Below are positions 56,700 through 64,000 of a stretch of 64,000 nt of DNA, piece after piece (positions within the stretch are counted from its first letter, which is position 1; every line of letters starts with the position of its first letter). The DNA is from the human T2T-CHM13v2.0 reference genome, Homo sapiens, in the NCBI RefSeq assembly GCF_009914755.1, contig NC_060930.1. One strand, 5' to 3'. The translations under genes were made by a program, and so were the position numbers. The notes beneath the pieces are model-generated. The model did not search any database, was not told the origin of the DNA, and was given only the letters and a program-made list of their open reading frames with translations.

Positions 56700-57001
56700 C
56701 AAATGTGGAGGTAACATTCACATTCCAACATGAGGAGCTGCCACACCACCTCTCCTGGCTCTATTACCTCTGGTGGCAATCTCACCCCTCCTCGAATCGT
56801 CAACCCTTCTGGCCAAGGGTCGGGTACACATTCAGCCAAGTGCTGTGATGGACACTCTTTCCTTTGGAGAGAGCATGATCAAGATGTGAAGGAGCTGCAT
56901 GTGTTACTGACTGTGCTTCCAAACCACCACTGCTGTTCAGGGCATTGCATTTCTCCTATATGTAAAACCTTCCCTAGATTCCAAACTTGATGAGTCAAGA
57001 C
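56700..57001 (-). other. Candidate 302-nt non-coding (lncRNA-type) exon
   Basis: Minus strand: ~35-nt pyrimidine tract ctctctcttctcttctcttctctctatcag| and TTG|gtaagc donor; stops in all frames. Confidence 0.4.
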
Positions 57002-57139
57002 CTGATAGAGAGAAGAGAAGAGAAGAGAGAGAGCAGAGAGAACCAGATAAGTGGATGAAAGATGTAAGAGAAGCACAGTCATTGGGAGATTTCTGCTGTG
57101 GAGGGGAGAAGACTTTTATTATAATAATATTATAAACAA

Positions 57140-57600
57140 TAGTTACTCTATGAGGTAATGTATTCACTGCAGGTAATAGAAAATTAGACTAACATTGGCT
57201 TAATGAGGTCAGGATTTATTTTCCCCACACAATATAAAATCTAAAGGAAGTCAGGCCTCCACAGGGTCTTGCAGGACTGGGGCTCTGTCTGGCCTACTTT
57301 TCTCAATGTGTCATCCTCATGTTCGTCCTCTCATGGTCACAAGATGATTGCTGCACCTCCAACCTGCATTCCAGTCAAGTGGCAAAGTGACCAAGAGGCT
57401 ACTAGCAAGGCTTTTCCTTTTTATGGGAAAAGATCTTCTTCGAGGAATTCCTACCCATATCCCTTTGGCCAGAACTGAGTCATGTGGTAATCCTTATGTG
57501 CAGGAGAGACTCAGAGCTTGGGAATTCACTATTCTAGCCTCCGTGGTAGAGATTACCCCAGAAGAGAGAAAGTGATGGTAATGGATTCTGGATTAACCAT
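57140..57600 (-). mobile_element. MLT1J-like LTR remnant
   Basis: ctcatggtcacaagatgattgctgcacctcc and ttggccagaactgagtcatgtgg. Confidence 0.65.
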
Positions 57601-58034
57601 TATGAGTCAAGCCCAAATTATCACATAATCAAAGGAAAATAATACATCTAAGCACCAAACTACAAAAAGCTAAACAGCAGTTTAAAAATGATCAAAGATT
57701 ATGCAGCCAGAGGCAGCAACATCAGCCAATAAAGGTAACACCAACCAAAAGCGATTGACCAACACTAAAGTGCTTTAGACTTGCTTGGCTTTCATTTAGC
57801 ATCTCATGAAGTATTTCTTCTCTTATATCGTTGAAGACAAACAGAAAAAAAATATTTTAGAATTAACACAGAGTATTTTTTCTCCTGGGATGTTAGAGGA
57901 ACACATGCCTGCCTGAGTCTCCCTGGCACTGTGACTATGCTCCTTTGGTCTGGGGCAAAGCTTCTAGTAGCAAAGGTTGAAGACACCATGGAGCTGGGAT
58001 TGTAACTGGAAAACATGACAAGGATAGGGAGTTA

Positions 58035-58386
<352 letters not shown>

Positions 58387-58633
58387 AAGAACAGTAGCAG
58401 GCAGAATTTGTGTATTTTTCTCATTTTTCCTTCCTCTCTGGCACCTGATTAACATTTAGCCTTCAAGTTGAAGCTAAATCATCACCGCTTGCTTGGAGTC
58501 TATTGTACCTCCTGGGTGCACACATCACAGAGTTACATCCATTCCCGCAATAAACAATTACTTAGAAGCCACCATGTTCCAAATTCTGCCATAAACCCTG
58601 GGTTTAGGACAGTTCAACCTCTGCTGTCTAGAG

Positions 58634-58948
58634 TAGCACTACCCAAGAGACATATAATAGGAGCCCCATAGGTAATTTAAAGTTTTCTGTTATTTACATT
58701 TAAAAATAAACAGGTAAAATTAATTTTAATAATAGATTTGATTTAAACCAGTATATGCAAAATATTACTATTTTGACACAATTGTTATGACATATAAAAA
58801 TTATTAGTGAGATATGTTATACTCTTTTTTTCATACTGCCTCCAAAATCCAGTGTGTATTTTAACATAGCACACCTCAATTTGAACCAACCACATTTCAA
58901 GTGGTCAGTAGCCACATGGGTGAGTGGCTGCTATGTCAGACGATGTTG
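58634..58948. mobile_element. MER33 (hAT-Charlie MITE), full length
   Basis: aaacaggtaaaattaattttaataat..cacatttcaagtg..agtggct; 8-bp hAT TSD gtctagag / ctctagag. Confidence 0.85.
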
Positions 58949-58995
58949 CTCTAGAGCTTACAGACTATAAATAATGATTTATTATAAAACGTGCT

Positions 58996-59129
58996 TAAAT
59001 TCTTTGTAGATTCTGGATGTTAGCCCTTTGTCAGAAGGATAGATTGCAAAAATTTGTAACAAAACTTCATGTTCTACACATGCACCCCAGAACTTAAAGT
59101 AAAATAAATAAGTAAATAAATAAATAAAT
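58996..59129. mobile_element. Very short twin-primed L1PA insertion
   Basis: Antisense ORF2 piece 58996-59055, then sense 3' end and (AAAT)n tail; TSD aaacgtgct / aaacatgct. Confidence 0.85.
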
Positions 59130-59409
59130 AAACATGCTAACTATGCCTAATAAATGTCTAATTTATGCAGCTCACATCATTTGGGAATGGGGAAGCAGTC
59201 TCATTGAGGAAAGGTAGTGGCTTCTCTAGTCAGTTCTCCATATGAAGTCATTTGTCTCAGTGATTTCTCCATTACCCAGAGTCTAGATCTCAGCCACACG
59301 GGTTTAGAAAAACTTGATTTATTCAAAGTCCTAAAGTTTATTTACTTCGCAATACTGGCCTCTCACAACAGAAATCTGAGAGACCGGTGTATTAGAAATG
59401 AGAATCCTG

Positions 59410-59714
59410 GGCCGGGCGCGGTGGCTCACGCCTGTAATCCCTGCACTTTGGGAGGCAGAGGCGGGCGGATCACGAGGTCAGGAGATTGAGACCATCCTGG
59501 CTAACACAGTGAAACCCCATCTCTACTAAAAATACAAAAAATTAGCCGGGCGTGGTGGCGGGCACCTGTAGTCCCAGCTACTCGGGAGGCTGAGGCAGGA
59601 GAATGGCCTGAACCCAGGAGGCGAGCTTGCAGTGAGCCGAGATTGTGCCACTGTACTCCAGCCTGGGCGACACAGCAAGACTCTGTCTCAAAAAAAAAAA
59701 AAAAAAAAAAAAAA
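59410..59714 (+). mobile_element. AluY
   Basis: ggatcacgaggtcaggagatt.., gagcttgcagtgagccgag; 16-bp TSD agaaatgagaatcctg. Confidence 0.95.
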
Positions 59715-59779
59715 AGAAATGAGAATCCTGGTTCATTTGTGATGAAACATGTCTGTGCATTTGTATTATCTCCACAGAC

Positions 59780-60116
59780 CAGGGTTTGGCTACCCTGACC
59801 TGTGAGACAAATGCAGCCCCCCACCTGTTTTTGTACAGCCACAAATTCACAGTGGTTTTTGCATTTTTACATTTAAAATGAAAGAAGTCAAAAGAAGAAT
59901 AAAATTTTTTGATGAAAATTGTACAAAATTCAAATGTCATTGTCTATAAATAAAGTTTTACTGGAACACAGCCATACTCATTCATTTAAGTATTATCTAT
60001 AACTGCTTTTGTGCTGCAATAGCAAAGTTGAATAGTTACAACAGAGACCATATGGCCCACAAAGCCTAAAATATTTACTATCTTGCCCATTACAGAAAAT
60101 GTTTGCCAAACCCATG
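59780..60116. mobile_element. MER58B hAT MITE
   Basis: aataaagttttactggaacacagcca, tggcccacaaagcctaaaatatttacta..gtttgccaaaccc. Confidence 0.85.
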
Positions 60117-60359
60117 TTATGTATGTGAATCACTTGAGGAGCTTTAGAGATGTACAACTATTCAGCACTACTCTCAAGTAATTCAGATTTAATTAGTCTC
60201 TGGTGAGGCCTAAGTATCAGTATTTAAAAAAAAAAAAAATTGAATGCTGTAGCCAATCTATGTAGGAAGCCAAAGTAACCAGAAGGTTGTGTGGAAATCA
60301 TGGATGCAGAACAAAGAGAATCAAGAAAGTAACTTGAGTACCCGTCCTCCCAGTCCATG

Positions 60360-60710
60360 CTTGTCAGCATACAGGCCACTTGAGTCAGCATGCCAAGGCA
60401 CATTCTTCTGAGTCAGCACTCATCCCTGTTCCTATTCACCTCTGTGACCTTGATGTTCCTACATTTCCAAACTTAATCAGCTCCTCTATTGATTGGCACA
60501 TTCTTCCTGTGCATTCACCAGTTAATCCTGCCTTATCAGCCTGAGGGCCAATCTGTCTCTCTAACATGATTTTGTTTATGTCTGTTCTGAGTCACTATGT
60601 GCTGCTTTAATAGGTTTCTTAAGACCAATCTGATTTTTCTGTTTTGTTGTTTTCCAAAATGTTTCCTGGTTGCCTCAGTGCCCGTGCCTTAGACAACTTA
60701 CATTCCAATT
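60360..60710. promoter_or_regulatory. Candidate AP-1/MARE plus TEAD enhancer
   Basis: TGAGTCAGCA at 60381 and 60409, TGAGTCA at 60588, GGCACATTCTTC twice (60397, 60495), ACATTCCA at 60700. Confidence 0.45.
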
Positions 60711-60864
60711 GCTGCTTTTCTTGGGTATCTGCATTTCCAGCCTGACATCAACTAGTCACTTAAGTGTTTGGTGGATGGGCTCATTGGTAGCTGAATAAGT
60801 GAACGGATGAATGAGTGGGGAAGAAAAGTGGGGAAAAAAATACAGGAGGAATTTTGTAGACTAT

Positions 60865-61150
60865 GTATTGTGAGTATAGTGAATTTTAATGCTCTAGAGC
60901 TTACAGACTATAAATAATGATTTATTATAAAATGTGCTAACAAACCAGAATGTCCAGATTCAAATCCTGACTCTGCTACTTTCCCTGGAAAGCCCCATGG
61001 GAAGATCCCTTTGCCTTTATTAACAAGACTTTGGATATCTGTAAGATGGGAAGAGTTACACATACTTCACAGAATAGTATGCGGATGACTTATCAAATAA
61101 AGTAGCACCTACTCCAATGCCTGACTCATAACAGCTTCTAAATAGAAAGT
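60865..61150 (+). mobile_element. MIR interrupted by a templated insertion
   Basis: gctctagagc[insert]..ccagaatgtccagattcaaatcctgactctgctact..atctgtaagatggg..aatgcctgac. Confidence 0.7.
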
Positions 61151-61629
61151 TTCATTCTTCTTCCTTCTGTTTAGCTAAGGCATCCTTTCACACTTAAAAG
61201 GGCCTGAATTGTTTATAGTTAAAAATAGTTTGCTGTCTTATTTATTATACTATACAGCAGATAGCAGTATTATTAAAGAGAACTTGGTAAAAATATTTTA
61301 TTGTTTGAACAAATAGTTTATAACAATTTTTCAAATAATTCTGGATTCTATAATTCTATATTAACCTTATAGTTTGATGCCATGGTACTAATAATGGAAT
61401 TTTTACAATAACAGTATCATATACCTATTCATTTGTAGTCCATGTCTTTTTTTGTATAAGATGAAATTTTATTTTTTCTTCAAAGGCTTTTTAAGTTTTA
61501 AGGTAGGATATTACTTAATTTGAACCCATGTCTTATATTTTATATCCTTAGGAAAAACATAGGCCATCCTAAAAACCTTGTCCTTTCTTATTTGTTGGTT
61601 TCTCAATAGCTGTAGGTATTGAAGGATTA

Positions 61630-61800
61630 AAAGTTTTCGACCCTAGCTTCACATTAGAAATCCCAGAGGAGATACTTTTAACCTTTAAATACCAATGCCA
61701 AGCCCCAGTCCAAACCATACTTTCTGATGGTGGAGCCAAAGGCATTATCTGTTTTCAGTCTTCCAGATGATACCAATGTGTAGCCAAAGTTGGGAGCTAC
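61630..61800. mobile_element. MER5-like MITE remnant
   Basis: cacattagaaatcccag..tttaaataccaatgccaagcccca..ccaatgtgtagccaaagttggga. Confidence 0.55.
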
Positions 61801-61834
61801 TAATCTAAACCCACCCTCCATGGTTTTTGTTCAT

Positions 61835-62011
61835 GTGTATGTGTGTGTGTGTGTGTGTGTGTGTTGAGACAGTCTTGCTCTGTCGCCTAGGATGGAGGGC
61901 AGTGGCATAAACTTGGCTCACTGCAACCTCCGCCTCTAGGTTCAAGGGATTCTTGTGCCTCAGCCTCCTGAGTAGCTGAGATCACAGGCGCCCGCCACCA
62001 CACCTGGCTAA
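61835..62011 (-). mobile_element. 5'-truncated Alu (right arm) with a (CA)n-converted tail
   Basis: (GT)n then gagacagtcttgctctgtcgcc...cacctggctaat; flanking repeat ccaccctc(c/t)atg. Confidence 0.85.
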
Positions 62012-63077
62012 TCCACCCTCTATGTTTAACATATGAGATGAAATGAAGTACAGAGGTGAAACGATTGGCTCAAAGCCCTTCAGCTTAACTGAAACTGAAA
62101 CTCAGGTGTTTTACCTCAGACCAGTGTTTCAGGCTAATCCTAAACCAAGAATTTTAGGACATACAGTTTTCTTGATACATACAAAAACTTCACTGTAAGG
62201 AATATTTTTCAGTTAATTTAAATATAACTTATATAGAGAAAGGAAATATAACTTGTTATAGAAAGAGTATCAGTGATAGAAGAATTAAGTATACTTCATG
62301 TGTTAGATGTGGTGACTTATTCATCATTAGGTATGTTTTGTGAGGTAGACATTATCATTTATAAATTTCATATATTTTAAATGAGGAAACTGATACACAA
62401 AGAGATCAATAGACTTGTATTAGGTCACACAGCTGGTGAGTGGCAAAGTCAGGAAAGGAACTCAAAACATAGGACACTTAGTCCCACCTTTCTTTTCCCT
62501 TCCTAAAAATAGAACCCTATATTTGTAAAATATAATTTTTGTTTTGTTTTCCTTTTGGAGGCCGAGTGGAAAGGACCTCTTGGATAGGAGTGGTGAACAA
62601 AATGCACTTACGTTTCACAAAGGACCATTTTATAATTAACTTGGATGGGGCCCAGTGCGAGAGAACAGAAGAATAGTATTGAGATGAGGGGATCCTGCAG
62701 CGTCCAAATAGAATTAGAACTAGACGCCACTTGTCAAGATAAATGTTTGACAAAACGGGCATGTCTCTCCAGAATTCATTAAAATGTTGTTTTAAATATT
62801 AACAATTTCTTAAAGCAATGCTGTTGATGCTTAAGAAGTTATACTAACAAGTTTTTCTTTATTCTTCCTTGGTCCAGCTCTTTTGTGCTCTATAGAATGA
62901 CTGTAATCACAAAATAAGCTCCCAAAGTAGTGAAAGTTCCTCAATATAAATGATAAGGCCAGTAAAGCCCAGAGAAGCCATATCCAACATCACTTGAGCT
63001 AGAATGCAATGAAGATGAATTTAGTAGCTAATTCAATTTGACATCAAGTTGAGCTACAGATTAAATATAGAAAAATA

Positions 63078-63420
63078 GCCAGGCACAGAAAGACAAACTT
63101 CGCATGTTCTCACTTATTTGTAGGGACTAAAAAGTAAAACAATTGTACTCATGGAGATAGAGAATAAAAGGATAGTTACCAGAGGCTGGAAAGGGTAGTG
63201 ATGGGTGCGGTTCTTCACAGAGAAGTGGGGATGGTTAATGGGTACAAAAAAATCACTAGAAATAATGAATAAGACCTAGTGTTTGTTAGTGCAACAGGGT
63301 GACTATGGTAAAAAATAATTTTATTGTACATTTAAAAATAACTAAAATAACATGATCAGATTGTTTGTAACACAAAGAATAAATGCTTAAGGGGATGGAT
63401 ATCCCCTAAATAAATAAATG
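63078..63420 (+). mobile_element. L1MA 3' fragment
   Basis: gccaggcacagaaagacaaacttcgcatgttctcacttatttg, aatgaataagacctagtgtttg, ggggatggata. Confidence 0.88.
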
Positions 63421-63559
63421 TAGGAAAAACTTGGATAAATGTTTCTATTAGGGAAAAATAAAGTCATTTAGAACATTAAGGACATTAAAAGAATAAAGTA
63501 CACGGTATTAAACTTGAAGATAAAAAAACAGAGTTTTTAGGTCCAAAGAATTATATTCA

Positions 63560-63900
63560 GTGTTTGTTTATTCAACAAAGGGTTTTTGTTTGTTTGTTGT
63601 TTTGTTTTGTTTTGTTTGTTTTTAGTATGTGCCAGAAATGGTCCTGGGTCTGGAGGTAACAATGGCACACATGGGGGGAAATCATCAATAAACAGTCAAT
63701 AAGTCAATAAACAAGATCATCGCATCTTTGTAAGTGCTCTGAAGAAAATAAACAGGATGTGGTCTTGGAAAGTGGATGAGAATGGCTTCTTCCGTAGAGA
63801 AGCTGCGAGGCCTCTCGGGAGAAGCAGCATTTGAGGTAAGATCTGAAAGCTGAGAAAGAGCCAGCCACAGGAGGAGCTAAATGCCTGAGACAGCAGCTAT
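63560..63900 (-). mobile_element. L2 fragment
   Basis: ttattcaacaaa..tatgtgccag..taagtgctctgaagaaaataaacagg..catttgag..gatctgaa. Confidence 0.6.
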
Positions 63901-64000
63901 GCATATGAGAGCAATAGAAAAGAGGCCAAAGTGTGCTGTAATGTATGTCCATGTACTCACACATGCATATCCACACGTGTGTGCATGTGCGCACTGAATG

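Overview
Primate, almost certainly human, non-coding DNA: AT-rich, CpG-depleted and intronic or intergenic. A near-pristine AluYa4/Ya5-type insertion supports a human origin. I find no credible protein-coding exon, RNA gene or CpG island. The supplied ORFs are Alu, L1, LTR or microsatellite read-throughs, or chance ORFs. Roughly half of the window is recognisable interspersed repeat: 12 Alus, many L1 (PA/MA/MB/MC/ME), L2 and MIR fragments, MaLR (MLT1) LTRs, and hAT/Tigger DNA-transposon MITEs. Repeat names come from recalled consensus motifs, so subfamily calls and old-repeat boundaries are approximate. I cannot name the locus and see no new multi-gene system. The most notable signals are: (1) a 49-52 bp templated insertion copied about 1.94 kb into a MIR, which preserves the empty site of a twin-primed L1 that later hit the donor; (2) two template-switch hairpins (1167-1263 and 55365-55454); (3) a dense AP-1/MARE plus TEAD motif cluster at 57-61 kb; (4) several well-formed non-coding exon candidates, three on the minus strand, that could belong to a spliced lncRNA.
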